NCBI RefSeq assembly: GCF_009914755.1
Contig: NC_060937.1
From: the human T2T-CHM13v2.0 reference genome, Homo sapiens
Reading direction: 5' to 3' (one strand)
DNA length: 64,000 bases
The notes below the pieces were generated by a model. The model was not told the DNA's origin. It saw only the letters and a list, made by a program, of their open reading frames with translations, and made no database searches. Of the stretch, positions 1 to 14,700 are shown in pieces (positions within the stretch are counted from its first letter, which is position 1; each line of letters begins with the position of its first letter). The translations under genes and the position numbers were made by a program.

Positions 1-133
1 ACATAGGCCTGATCTTCCTAGAGAAATTCATTACATGAAGATCAACAGTCATGTGTTGCAGCAAGAATGCACCATAAAAATGATCAGTATCTGTTACCTG
101 TCAAATATAACACTAAAAATAATTAATACCTTG

Positions 134-429
<296 letters not shown>

Positions 430-979
430 TTAATATCCTGGTGTCCCAGGTTATTAACAGTTCTGTTTAAGTTTAGATAGTGTATTACCTAAAACCTGAT
501 CACTGTTGAAATTTGTAACTCTATCCCTTAGGTATACACGATGCTCAGTGCCTTTGAGGGCTTTCTCATCTAGGGAAAGCAAGAATCAGGCTTTAAATTT
601 CTTAACAAAATGCCAACTTTACTGTACTAACTTTATTTGATGAACATAAAAACCCTTATGATAAACAACACACTTACATTCAGTTAACTGTCAACAACCT
701 AAATCTCCAAGGCTGATGTTCATCTTCTATAAGAGCCTAAAGACAATTTATATTAGAAAAAGCTAAGTGCCATTTCAATACCAGTATATACCATTTATTA
801 CGCATGTGTCATCATGGAATAGTAAATCATTTACATGTATATTCTTCACAGCAACATGGACAGCCTGCATTTCCATTTTACGGATAAGGAGACAAGAAGA
901 AGAGTTTAACAATTCCTAAAGTAATATGCTCTAAATATGGATTCCAGATGTTTGCTCCTTATACTAATAACAATTCATC

Positions 980-1358
980 TAGTAGTATGCTAGAGTCAGT
1001 CTGTACTGACTCATAAGAGCTGATTTAAATTTTTAGGAATTCTGGAAGCCACTGTTAAACACAGCCATGATTGAACAAATAAACTGTATTAAAAACAAAG
1101 ATAATAAGTACTCAGAACTCATAGTAAATTTTACTTCTGAGGTTATTTACATTTTGTGTGTCTGTTTATAATATACATAACGGGAACACTGTATACAATG
1201 TCACTTAGCATCTCTTCCCAACTATGCATCTGTCAGTGATGTCTTTGAAAGCTTGAAACTGACCATGGTGGGAGTATTTACATAAAAGAAGGGGCAAACC
1301 CTAGAAAGCATGGCTTTCTTTTTTTCAGAGTAGCGGTACATTTACTGGCAGACCGCTG
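980..1358. mobile_element. DNA transposon remnant, MER63-like (hAT-Blackjack)
   Basis: Resembles recalled MER63 consensus (…ttttaggaattctggaagccactgttaaacacagccat… and end …catttactggcagaccgctg). Confidence 0.55.
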
Positions 1359-1749
1359 AGGCATCTGTTATTCTGAATCAATAGGTTATTTCAAAATGTA
1401 ATACACACGCTTAGCCCCAACCCAGAAATTCTGATTCAGTAGATTAGGGGTGGAATATTGGCATGTGTATTTTGAAAAAGATCTTCCCTCAAAAGGAATG
1501 TTGATAAAAACCTCCAGCTGAGAACTATTTAAGATTTTTAAGACTGTATCACTGTATAACATTAGACATTAGAAAACTAAATACTTAAAACTGTATTGTA
1601 AGAAATAAGTTTCACAAATTATAATGCTGTCAGGGCTTTTTTACCATGGGTCAAAAACAGCTGCAGAAAACTTCTACATAATTTAAGTGATCAAGGAAGT
1701 TGTTGCTTCCTTGATTCAGTTACAATTCAGTAACTTTCATAAAAAGACT

Positions 1750-2975
1750 ATAATAGAGGACAACTGGATATCCACATGCAAAAGAATAAGGCTGAACCTT
1801 TACCACATCATAAATAAAAATTAGCTCAAAATGTATCAAAGGCTTAAATATAAGAGCTAAAACCAGAAAATGCTTCAAAGACAACATAGACGTAAATCTT
1901 TGTGACCCTGGACTAAACAATAGTTTCTTAGATGACACCAAAAGCACAAACAAGCAACAATAATAACAAAAAAAACAAAAACAGGTAAGTCAGATTTCAT
2001 CAAATTAAAAATGTGTATGCTTTAAAGGACACCATCAAGAATGTGATGATAACACACAGAATGGGAGAAAAGATCTGCAAGTTACATATACGATAAGGGA
2101 CTTGTATCCAAAATAAAGAGAACACTTGTAACTCAATAATAAAAAGACAACTCGATTTTTAAAATGGGAAAAGAATCTCCAAAGAAAATATACAAATAGC
2201 CAATAAGTACACAAGAAGATGCTCAACATCATTAGAATCCAAAATGCAAATCAAAACCACAGTTAGATCATCATTTCACACCCATCAGGATGGCTATAAT
2301 CAAAAAGTTAGATAACAAAAGTGTTGGTGATGATGTGCAGAAACTAGAACTTTCATATGCTGTCAACAATGTGAAATGATACAGCCACTTAATGAAAGTC
2401 TAGAAGTTCATTAAAAGGTTAAACACACAGTTACCGTAGAACTTGTCAACTCCACTCCTCAATATAAACCCAATAGAAATAAAAACATATCCATATACAA
2501 ACTTGTACATAAATGTTCATAGCAGCATTATACACAGGAGTCAAAAAGTAGAAAAAGCCCAAATATCCATCACTGATGAGTGGATAAACAAAATGTGATA
2601 TTATCAATACAATGTAATATTATCTGACAAAAATAAGGAATAAAATACTGATGCATCCCATACTCTTTCACGAACCTTGAAAAGGTATGCTAAGTGAAAA
2701 AAGCTAGTCACAAAAAATCATGTTTTATTATTCCATTTATATGAAATATATAGGCAAATCTCTAGAGAGAGAAAGAGGATTTAGTGGTTGCCTAGGGCTG
2801 GTGGCTAGGAGGGCGACTGCTGAAAAGTTTGGCGTTTCTTTACGTAGCAATGAAAATATTCTAAAATTGACTGTGATGATGGTTTCACAACTCTAATAAT
2901 ACTAAAAACCACTGAGGCGTACACTTTTAATGAGTGAACTGTATGGTATGTGAAATATGGTATGATAAATTTCTA
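1750..2975 (+). mobile_element. Old L1M LINE fragment (ORF2 3' part and 3'UTR)
   Basis: L1 motifs: ggacaactggatatccacatgcaaaagaat, caaatcaaaaccaca, cacccatcaggatggctataatcaaaaag, gtggataaacaaaatgtg. Confidence 0.85.
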
Positions 2976-3548
2976 GAAAAAAATTAGCTCTGGGAAAGAT
3001 TTCCATTCCTGACAAACACTTTTCTTTTATTCAATGAACTACATTATAAATTTTATTTCTCTTGGCTTCACTGCCAACAAATTCACAGCTAAAATTTGTG
3101 GTCATATGTGCTTTCTTTTACCTCAACTTTCTAGTGCAGTTTGTTAACCCCATGTGTTTTGCTTTCATTGTTTTCATTTGTAAGTGTTCTACTGCAAGCC
3201 ACTTCAATCTTTCTTGGAAGCAGATGTGATGGCTGGCTGAATTCTGAAAACTTAAAGATACTCATGATCCTCGTCAAGGATCCCTACTAAGGGATCCCTA
3301 CACAAAATCCCTACTAAGTTCAGCTTGAGTTCTGCCAACTAATCCCTTTCATCTTAACTACCATAAAGAACTGAACCAATCACAGTTTTCCCAGGGGACT
3401 CTTTCCCTCTAAATTACATTATCCATATAGAACATTATAATGCCGTATTACACATTTACCATATATTTAGCACACAATATTTAAAATGAAACTCAAATTA
3501 ACAAATCACTACTGAAGTTGAACTTTGTTTTGGGAAATTCAATCCTAC

Positions 3549-3660
3549 CCTAACAGGTGAGGATGACTCCTCTGTATTTCGTTTCTGGGGCTCAGTGTCC
3601 ACGTCTTGGCGCTTGTTCTTCATTCTTTCTCTAAGATCCCCTGTAGGTCTTTCTGGTGAC
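3549..3660 (-). CDS. ZC3H13: ZC3H13 coding exon 4 (112 bp; ..SPERPTGDLRERMKNKRQDVDTEPQKRNTEESSSPVR); gene continues left of the window
   Basis: Acceptor ttcaaag|GTCACC, donor GTTAGG|gtagga; phase matches exon 3 (cumulative CDS 339 nt). Confidence 0.95.
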
Positions 3661-6339
3661 CTTTGAACCAAAACACAGAAACAAAACAAAAAACGAAACA
3701 AAACAACAAAAATCTGTATTTATATATTAATAACATTTTATAAGAATGTATTTACAGAAATAACCTCACAAATCTCAATACACTTTTTCTAACTGACCTT
3801 GACTCCTGAATTTCTGAAAAATTTCACCTTAAATATTAATATGCAAAACACGAGCAACACTTACAGTTTTTCTCCCAATAACAATCAAAATGTATATGTT
3901 AAATTCCACGAAGTGGCAGGTACTGGTGATGTGAATAAGAAATTATATGTGAACTGAGAAAAAGGAACTAATAGCTTGACTTGTTTTCCTATTAATCACA
4001 TAAATATATTAGTTATATGTGGGAGCAAAATGTAGTAGTAACACAAAGTTTTAAACTACAAAGTTGCAAAATTAATCTAGAGGTAGCAGCATTATCATTT
4101 ATACTGAAAGATATAAGAAGATATTACAAGAAATAAGTTTCTTGTATACACATGCCTGTGGTTGGATGCAACATCAATAACTGAGAAAATATTTTATGTA
4201 CCTTAAGTAAGAATCAAAGCAAATATAGGAGCTTTAAAATTTATCTTAAATTTTAAATTATTTCAGAATAAAGATAAAGGATTCAAGGCAATTTTACAAC
4301 AGTGATTTTCATATTCTGCTGTAAATTTTTTAACTAAAGGAAAAATACATATTTATACTCAACAGTGGTAAGGCTTTATTATTTATACTAGAAATTTGAC
4401 AGTATATGGCTATGCAATTATTTTCACTATCAGTGGGAAAAAACAAAGGAGAGATGGAAAACAGACTGCCTTTAAAGACTATTTCTACAACACCTTTAAA
4501 ACAGGGCAAAAGAAGTTAAGGAATGCTCTGTTCCTCTTTGACTACCAAAAAGTACTATATATAAAAAAGATATAAACAAATCACATAAATATTCACATCT
4601 ATTTCAAGCAGTCATTGGGCAATCAAATCAGTTCCTTGATTTTATGAATATAAATCATAAGGTTAGTAAAGAAATAATTTGAGTTAATTCACTTTAAAGG
4701 ATCTCATTAATGTTTACATGCACATGTAATAGATTTATATTAAATGTTTTAACAGTTAAAGCTAAACTTGAAACTGGAATCTCTTACTAAGAACCAGTAC
4801 TTAAGTGCTCTAAATTATAATGATGTACATGTAAATCCTATGTGCCCTGGTTTCCTTTATATAATAAAACACTTTAGTATGAACTTGTTTCTATCCTAAA
4901 CAGCACCCAACAGAATGAATGTTTTACACACAGCGAATTCTCAATTAATTATGTAAAAGTCTTGTATATAAACATATAAATAAGCATTCTGTAAAATACA
5001 TTGCTTTTCTTATCTTTGACTCGCATTATGAACTATGTTTTTCCTCCCGACAAAAAAAATGCACAAATACGAAAGAAGTTATCAGATGGAAAATCATACA
5101 CAAAATAGCAAAATTATAATAAATATTCTTTATTCTAAGTCTAGCAATGACATTACTTTTTCCCATTTTAGACAAATTTCTCTGACCATTTTTCTCAAAA
5201 TGATTTCTTGAATAAAAATTCTGAGTCAGCTAATAAATTTCAAAGATAAATTTTAAAATGTATCAAAAGTATAGTATTAAAGCAAAACATTAAAAGTATC
5301 GAAATAGTTTCACCAGGTATGTATCTACGTGTATATATACAAGTAAACACACATATACAATAAACACTAATCTTCCCACATTAACGGAAGTGACAAATGA
5401 CAATCTAAATACAAATAAAACAGTATTCAGAATCACAAATAAACTAAAATGTACAATGTTTACGTGAAAAAGAAGTTGGCTAATGTTGAGGGTTTGAATT
5501 TTAAATTCTCCTAAACAAAATCTACCCATACACTACCCCAAAAAAAATCATTCAACTAAAAAAAAAAAAAAAAAATTCCAATTGCTAATGTTCAGTTTTT
5601 ATAGTGTTGCTATGCTATAGCCAAAACAATCAGCGTAACCAATTTTGGATCTAGGTAAATTATTTCTTTACCAATCAAGTTAAAACTGTTTTTGTGACAA
5701 ACTTTATGTATATTACATCTTTAAATACCATAAAATAATCATCATGAGGGAACCAAAAGAAAAATAAAAGGTCTTTATTAAGCAAGTTTAATCTAGCCAA
5801 GCCTTTATTAAAGGCAAAACGATGTTCGAAATATGGAGCATATTCATCCACATATAAATAAATATTTTCATTAACATACTGTGCTAAGGGATTTGGCAAA
5901 TGCATTTTAACCTATAGAATTTGTACAAAATTTGAATTCAGAACATCTTAAACAGCTAAAATTATACCCTATTTGAATTTTACTATTTTAAGAGTTAAAA
6001 ATAGCCTCACTAAAAAGAAATTCAGACACCATGGAATTCTGCTGTCTTAAGCAGCAATTTAATACATAATTAGGGGGGAAAAAGTAAGCCATACACATAC
6101 TACAAAAAGATCTACTGTCAAAACAAATAAATAATGAACAAATAAGTTAATTTGAAAGCAAACATTTTATTAATCTTGAAAATAACAAAAAGATCCTGTC
6201 GATCTTCAATTACTGGTAAGACTACCACCAATATAGAAAATCTGACCAAATATATGGTTGTATTTCAGATTTTTACACTAGATAAATTACAAAAGCCATC
6301 TTCTAATAGTACATGAACAACACAAAGTTCTCAGTTTAC

Positions 6340-6449
6340 CTTCTATAATTGCTGCTATAACCTTTACCACGAGGTGAAGGGCCATGTACGAATCTACATG
6401 TGTTTCCATAGAGGCAGTTGCCAGTCTTCAGCCAGTTACGGCACTGTGT
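6340..6449 (-). CDS. ZC3H13: ZC3H13 coding exon 3 (110 bp), CCCH zinc finger TQCRNWLKTGNCLYGNTCRFVHGPSPRGKGYSSNYR
   Basis: Acceptor ctcttag|ACACAG, donor AGAAG|gtaaac; C-x8-C-x5-C-x3-H motif. Confidence 0.97.
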
Positions 6450-6775
6450 CTAAGAGACAGATATTACTATGTAAATTTCATATTTATTTCTGGAAAAAAA
6501 AAATGCTAGCGGGACAAAATTAAAACAAATGCTACCAAAATTCCAGCTAACCTGTGATATATTACCCCCCAAATAATAAAAACTTCAGGAAAAAAATATG
6601 GAAAAACCCATAAACCTTATCACCCTTTTCACTTCTTTTTATAAAACACACTTTAAAAAATTTACTGAACAAACATTCCTACAATAAAACAACCTGTTCA
6701 CCTTTATGATACAAATAAGCATTTCAATAATAGAATTCTAAGAGAACCCCTGTGACTATACTAGTGACAACTCAC

Positions 6776-6892
6776 CTCTGCTGTACTGCCAGTGCTGGGT
6801 CCAAGCCTCTCAAATACACTGGGTCTTCGGGATGTGCTATCAGATATAGTCTTGGTATTTTCCACTGTGACCTTCCTTCTAATTTTTGACAT
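6776..6892 (-). CDS. ZC3H13: ZC3H13 exon 2 coding part (ATG at 6892; MSKIRRKVTVENTKTISDSTSRRPSVFERLGPSTGSTAE), m6A writer-complex subunit
   Basis: Recognised N-terminus; 117 nt; donor GCAGAG|gtgagt; tandem acceptors gAAG|TAG| give exon start 6901 or 6898. Confidence 0.96.
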
Positions 6893-7761
6893 TTTGTACT
6901 ACTTCAACCAAAAAAGAAAGAGGCAAAACTGTAAAATTCCTCAGTTTTAAATAACTGAGCCCACAGCTTACAAGTAGATAAAACTATAGGTAACAGTGTA
7001 AAATTACAGGAGATTTTCCTTGGGAGATTAAAAAAAAAAAGCATAGGAGAGGTCACAGGTAAACAGAGATAATATCTTCTAAAACATGCCTTACTGGTGA
7101 ATTTATAACAGCTGTGAGATCTGTTGGCTAGAATTGTACCTCTTCTGCAGAGTGAACGAATATGATCCTACTCACACAGTGAAGTTTTCATAGTACAATC
7201 AACCTCAGAAGATACAGTACAAAATGTTTACTTTATAAAAGTTACTTACAAAAATTGCTTCAAAATTTAGTAACTCAAAGTTGTTAACCATCAACTGGTT
7301 AACTGAAAAAGAGTTATGCTAAAGAAAATGGAAAAATAAAATTGGGTGAAAATTTTCATAGCAGAAATTATGTTTCATAAGTTTTAGGGACAACAGCAGT
7401 TATGTTCCAAAAATCAGGTTGAGAAAAATGAATGATATTTTAGTATTTTCTTTGCCTGACAGAAGTCAAAACAATCTGATCAAGCATATTTATTTTCCAG
7501 TAACACAAAAACAAAACAAAACAAAACTCAATGTTGATAGAAACAACTTTCAAAACAGGACAGACTGTAGAACTAGAAAAAGTCGAGGTGTTTCTATAAT
7601 CTATACTACACTGACATAAAATTCAAAGGTGTTAAAAGTAATTATCAGACTATTTTACCATTATTAGTAATAACAAAAAAGGCAAATTGTAAAAATATTT
7701 TTATTTTATTTTACGTTTAAGCTCTGTTAGATTTGATGTAAACATAAAAATATTTTTTAAG

Positions 7762-8134
<373 letters not shown>

Positions 8135-9677
8135 CTAATCCAATGACATAATTGGGTAATTCAACTAGATTTGCAAGTATCAGATAATGACAGTATATTA
8201 TGACATTAGAAAACAATATTAAATTCTAGACCAAGATACAATCCAGAGCATACACTACTGTGGGAAGAGGGTAGAAACTGCCTCATAAGGGGAAGGAAAA
8301 AAAACACCATACTATATCCCGCTTTATACAAACTAAATATTAGTTGAAATCTTATCAATCATCAAAAGTTACTAGAATGAACCACAGCAGCTAAAAAAGT
8401 TTCATTTAGTCTCTATAAAGATCACAAATCTTTAATGTGGTTTCAAAGTAAAGACATATCACTTTAAAGGAAATTAAATCGTGGTAGTACCTAATTGAAA
8501 CAGCAATAAAAAATTATAAACAGTGTTTGGTTCAATGAGGTACTTCAGGTCACACTTTTAAAAGAATCCAAAGACTAAGAACAACATTTGATAAATAAAA
8601 GATGGTGCATCAAGGAAGGAAAATATGAAATAATATATGGTGATTTTAAATTGGAAAATCTATATTTTTATCAATATAAAATGTAATAATTCTTTTGATA
8701 TAATAGCAATTAATTTTTAGTGATTTTAAAAACAGAATTACTTCACAGTAATTATAAATTTAAGAACCAGTGGAGAGCATCACATAAACAATAATTTGCT
8801 GCAACACAAAATCAATTAAATATTAATTGTTCTCCAAGTAAGGAACTACACACCAATTCTACATACTGGTGTTAGCATTATAAGATAATCTTTGATTTAA
8901 TTTTTCTTAGACTCATTCTCAGCTGAAATGTGAACATACGGAGGAGAAGCTGGTAAAATTTCCTATGTCTATTTGATTTACTGAGCACGAAAAAACTGAA
9001 AGCTAAGTGGAGCTGAGAAAGATCTAGAAAATGTAGAGCTTTGAGAAAAACTTTTTTAACAATATATATCCAAGCATGATTCAATAATAAGTAAAGTATC
9101 ACAATGTATAAGAAGTTTGAGAAAAACATAAAGTTTCATTATATATTGCTACATTAATATACAAATATAGAGTAATCCTCAACCAATAATTCAATTTTTA
9201 AAACATTTCTTAATAAACAAAATTGAATAGGTTCCAAAATTTCCTTATTTGCTAGTTATGTAGAACTTAGAAAACAGGCACACCCTCCCACCACACTGCC
9301 TCAAGTGGACTAACACTAATTTTTTATTTTTCCCTCCACTGTCACTGGAAATGAGTTAGTTCTGCCCCCAACATCTCTACTACCCCCAACATGCCTCCAC
9401 TCCCAGCTCAGTCTCCTTCAAAAAATTCAATGGTAATGGTTTCCAGTTAGGACGACAGGCTATTTATTATCGTACTTATTATACTTAAAACATTGGTCAT
9501 CTATCATCTCCTTTCTTTTTACTTTTTGAGGGTTCCAGGTATTAACTCTACAGTTTCTTTTTCTGGTCTGTCCTCTGTTGCCTGATTCGCACTACTCTCC
9601 TCCCTTGACCTATTGCTTTGCTGGTCTGAGAGCTTCTCTCCAATCCTAGACTCCCTAAGGCAAACTTTGAAGATTTC

Positions 9678-10027
<350 letters not shown>

Positions 10028-10230
10028 TCAAGTGAAGACTAATGATCCACCTCCTCACCTCCCTCACCCTACGCCCATATTCTTTCCACAGAGACAAAAT
10101 TGCTTTTACCAGTGACATCAAGAACTATTCAAGATTCACCTACATAGTAATTATCCCAGGAATTTCACTTGCAGCTACTACTGTACTGAGTCTCCCAATT
10201 TAGCGAAGAAATGAAATTAAGTAAAAATGT

Positions 10231-10597
<367 letters not shown>

Positions 10598-13500
10598 CTA
10601 AAGTAATACAGCATCTGAGTATGCGGTCTGGGTTACAGCAAGGTCCTGGACTGAACATTTAAAACAAGAATAATGACAACAATAATACACACACACACAT
10701 ATTCTTAATAAAATGTTCTTTAATGTGATATATATATGTGTGTGTGTAAAACGTCTGGTGAAAAAAGAAAAAAGCAGAAACTGAAGATTTCTAACTGAAA
10801 AAATTCTTCTGATCATCCATGTAAAAACTTCCACAAGTAGTCAACAATAAAATGTTACTTAAATATTACTAATGAGACATTCATGAATTTGAATAAACAA
10901 AATGCTTCATGTTTGTAAAGAACACAATATATAACTTTAAAAATCCCATTTATCTAAAAATATACACACTATCTACAATACAGCAGAAAAACATTTCCTT
11001 TTTCATATATTAAAACTAAATGTTACCAACTAATGTGACAATTAGAATTTTCAATCCTATTTAAAACTTTGGGCCCGTAAAGGAAAATGAACACCACAAC
11101 AGTTAAAATGTAGATTTTCGGGGCGGGAAACTTTTTCAAATTATGTATGAACAGGCTGAACATGACAAGTAAATGCTTCAAAGTATATGAGAAAAATTAG
11201 AAACCATAAGATAAAAATGTAAATACTAAAGTCTTTCCTATCATAGAGAATAGAAATCAAGGTCATACCAATAACTTACTAATTTACTCTTCTATGAAGG
11301 TTTTCCTCCATTTTTGTTTTCCAATTATTATTTGGTTTAAGTTGCCATCACACTTCCACCCACATCATCAAGTCTTTCTCAAACACGAGCATTATCAAAG
11401 ACAGAGTGGCACTAGTGAAAGCCTATTTCGTTATTTTCCTATTTCTCCTCTCCATTTGCAGAGCAAATGAATATCTGAAGTCTTTATAATCTCTTTTCAA
11501 TTAAAAAAGAAAATGGAAAAAGAAAAAGAAAATCCGGGACACAAAGTTTGAGTCTATTAATAAAGACACAACAAAAGAGGGTCTTAAATGGGAACTGCTC
11601 CCTTGCCCCGAGAAACTTAGAATAACACTGTACTCAGAAGGTTCACATTATAATTATGGCTGAGAAAGGAGAAGCATACAAAAGGGTCTCTTTTTGAATA
11701 ATGACTCCAGAAGCTCAATTAATAAAATCTTGTCAATAAACACATATGCGTTCTAGTATCTTCACTTCAATCCATAATTAATTATCTTTTCCAGGTCTCA
11801 TCTACTGGAAGCATAAGTGAAAGCATAACACTTTAATCCGGATGAGTAGCGGCATAATATTAGGGAAATTTCAAACAATCAGGCAATTAAAACTACATGA
11901 ATGTACTAACTAGTAGGATAAATCCCTATACTCTGAATTTCTAAGATTAAAAAGGTGATACTAAAAATAAGGTATCTTCACATTTATACTTCATATTTTT
12001 AGAAAGAAAAATTAACTTTATTTGATGCATAGTTTGAGAGAATTTTTTAAAAAGAACTTTCTAAAACAAACTTTCAGATTGCTTCCGTAAATTTAATGCT
12101 AAAACAATTCCAAACTAAATTCCAAATACAACTGACAGAACTAAGCTGACTACATAGGAATTAGCAAAGCAACACTGCAGTACTATGCAGAAAAAACAAT
12201 TTGTTAAAAAGACTGCACAGAAAACATCCCACGCTGGTACCTACTCTAAAGTGAAGTAAAAAGAACTGCATCATACAAAAATACAAAAAAAAAAGAATAA
12301 AAGACTCTTTCTATATCAACAGCAGTTAATGCTTCAACTACTACTAACAGCTGGAGAAATAGCTCCACCTCTATATGAGATGGAGTTGGGAGAGATGAGG
12401 AGGTGAGGAAGACTATCATCCACTGAAAACCAACTCTCTAAGTAAATTTAAGTTAAACAATGTGTTTCCTCTATGTAAATGCCAATGCATATTATAAATA
12501 CTGATGATATTACAATTTTAATAATTTGTAAAGATGTTAAGATACCATCCACTTGCTGGATTTTTAGTATGTTAAATTCATATTACAAATATGAAAATCA
12601 CATAAGCTTGCAAATCTCAAAATATGCAATGTTCATTTAGAATGACCAGTAATCAGGAAGCCAGTAAGAGGCATACATTTGATAAAACTGAATCCTACCA
12701 GATGCACAGAGTGAAAGCCTTAGTTTCAGAGTGCAACTATTTTTAAAGCCGCAATTGTTACAAGCTTGCATCAACTTTGCTAGTCTCTAGTTGAAACTGT
12801 CATCTGTTATAATGTAAATAGTTCATTAAGAAATTAAAAATTATTTGAAAATCTATAGATTGTATTCACAAAACGCTCCAATATATTGTACTAAAGCCAG
12901 TAATTTCAAATGTTACAGAACTAGACCCCGCTAACTGGCACCATATACCCATAGACTGAACTGCATAAGTATTTATTCTCCAACGGTATCGCGGACTTCG
13001 AAAACTTGAGGTGTAAAGATGTTTTCCAAATTTTTAAAACTACTTTAAAAATCCAAAAATCTTAAGAGACTTCATACTCCCATAATTTTCAAAGTAGTTC
13101 GAATTACCTGAAAGCCCCATAGTATAACCAAATACCTTAAGACTACCCTTCACAAACAACATCTTACCAACATAATTCAAGTATTATCAACTCTAAATAA
13201 TTTTCAAACCACATAAATTGCGTTAGCCTATTACAGAGAGATAATGCCGCCAAACAGACTCTCTTCTTTCTATTCCACTTTCCCCCGTTTCTGACAGTTG
13301 CCAAAACTACCTACCTAAGGCTTGTGAAGATAAAGTAGCACTCAATTCCCAGGACCTAAATCGTTATCACTGCTGAGGGAAAAAAAAAAAAAAAAAAAAC
13401 AAGACCAATCACAAGTAAGATGTTTTTCTCTAACAGATCTGGAATGAGTATAGAGGAAGATTCTAAATTTAAGCCCAAATTGCTGCACCCTTCCATCGCA

Positions 13501-13699
13501 CACAAATACGAACACCATACAAGGGTTCCCGTGCTTACATCAAATGGTAACGAGGGGTACAGCCTATTGTCTGAGTCTACTTATCGCCCTTAGACAAATG
13601 CCAGAATCATAATCAGAGTGAGAAATTACGCCTGAGCACAGGGGGCTATTGCAGAGTTAAGGGTGGGATGCTCAAGGAAAGCTCAAAATCCCAGTGACT

Positions 13700-14330
13700 C
13701 AAGCAAAGACGGGGGGGGGTAACCCGGGCCTCCGCATTACGGGTCCGCTCAATGCCTTCCCCAGATACCCACACCAATTCACAGAACGCTTACTTCCTCC
13801 CCAAGCTCCCTTCGCAAGTGCAGTCCGGAGGCACCACCGCCGCCGCCGCTCCGAGGAGCGGGGGAGGCGACTCTGTCCCCGCGCCTGGACCCAGGAGGAC
13901 GACGACGAGGAGAAAGCGATGCGCGCGCGGCTCCCGGGAACCGGCTCTTGGCTAGCGAGGAGCCCCCGGGATGGCTGAGAAGCAGAACCAACCCGCCCGC
14001 CGCCTCTCCAGGGTCAAGCGAAACTGGGTCGCAGGAAGAAAAATAACGAAGAGATTGTAGATTAAGAAAAGGCAACAAAAACACTACCAGGCCGCTAGGA
14101 GGACCGCCTCAAAATGCCGCCGGAAGTCAGAGGTTTGCCCTGTTCCTCTGTAGACCCAGGCAGCTTCCGGCCGTCAGATTAGTCGTCAGTGCGCAGACAC
14201 CACCCTTCGTGGACACGCCCTCTAGGCGTAAGGTTCCATGCGAGCGGTAAGAGTGCGGCGGGACTTGGAAATCGAATCTGTGCTCTGTGAGAGATCCTAG
14301 GAAAGGAAACTGGGAGCCCGGGAGAACTAA
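13700..14330. promoter_or_regulatory. CpG island / probable bidirectional TATA-less promoter (ZC3H13 minus, CPB2-AS1 plus)
   Basis: Only CpG-dense non-repeat segment in the window; oppositely oriented ETS/GABP motifs CCGGAAGT (14120-14127) and CTTCCGG (14164-14170). Confidence 0.85.
13794..14135 (-). other. ZC3H13: ZC3H13 non-coding exon 1 (5'UTR); TSS approximate
   Basis: Donor GAGGAA|gtaagc at 13793/13794 inside the CpG island; no ATG on the minus strand; upstream of the coding exons. Confidence 0.8.
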
Positions 14331-14444
14331 AATTCCCAATTAAAAGTGAATTTAAGTGAGTTTTCTCTTTTTATTACATAATTCCTTACCATAAACAGCT
14401 GTTGTAAATGCGCAAAATGCGGCATTTGTTGACAGTACCTAGAG

Positions 14445-14482
14445 CCACTCATTCATTCGTTCAACAGTGTTTATTGAGCAGC
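14445..14482 (-). mobile_element. L2 LINE 3' tail remnant carrying AATAAA
   Basis: cattcattcgttcaacagtgtttattgagca is the reverse complement of the L2 end TGCTCAATAAA..TGTTGAA(C/T)GAATGAATG. Confidence 0.7.
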
Positions 14483-14634
14483 TGAGCTGGAATGAGAGGC
14501 TATGTTTGTCGTTTTTGACACCCCTCCCCTTTCTGGGCCATCGCCTAATTACCGTGGAGCAAACGGAATGCATGGTTGTATTTCTAAAGGCACAAGCAGA
14601 AATTTATTGAAAATTTGGAGCAGAAATCTTTAAT
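14470..14634 (-). terminator. CPB2: CPB2 alternative poly(A) signals: ATTAAA 14629-14634, AATAAA 14603-14608, AATAAA 14470-14475
   Basis: Hexamers seen on the minus strand; consistent with CPB2 being known to use three poly(A) sites. Confidence 0.8.
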
Positions 14635-14700
14635 GTACTTCTGACCACCCTTCCTTTTGTTGAGTAGGATCCAATGATCAGCGTGAGATGATCATTGATT

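Noticed and set aside
3278-3318. Three short atccctac(taag) repeats
   Set aside because: Small local slippage duplication in an intron with no further structure.
13694-13978. Plus-strand 94-aa and 67-aa ORFs in the CpG island
   Set aside because: Low-complexity GC-driven ORFs antisense to ZC3H13 exon 1, upstream of the likely plus-strand TSS.
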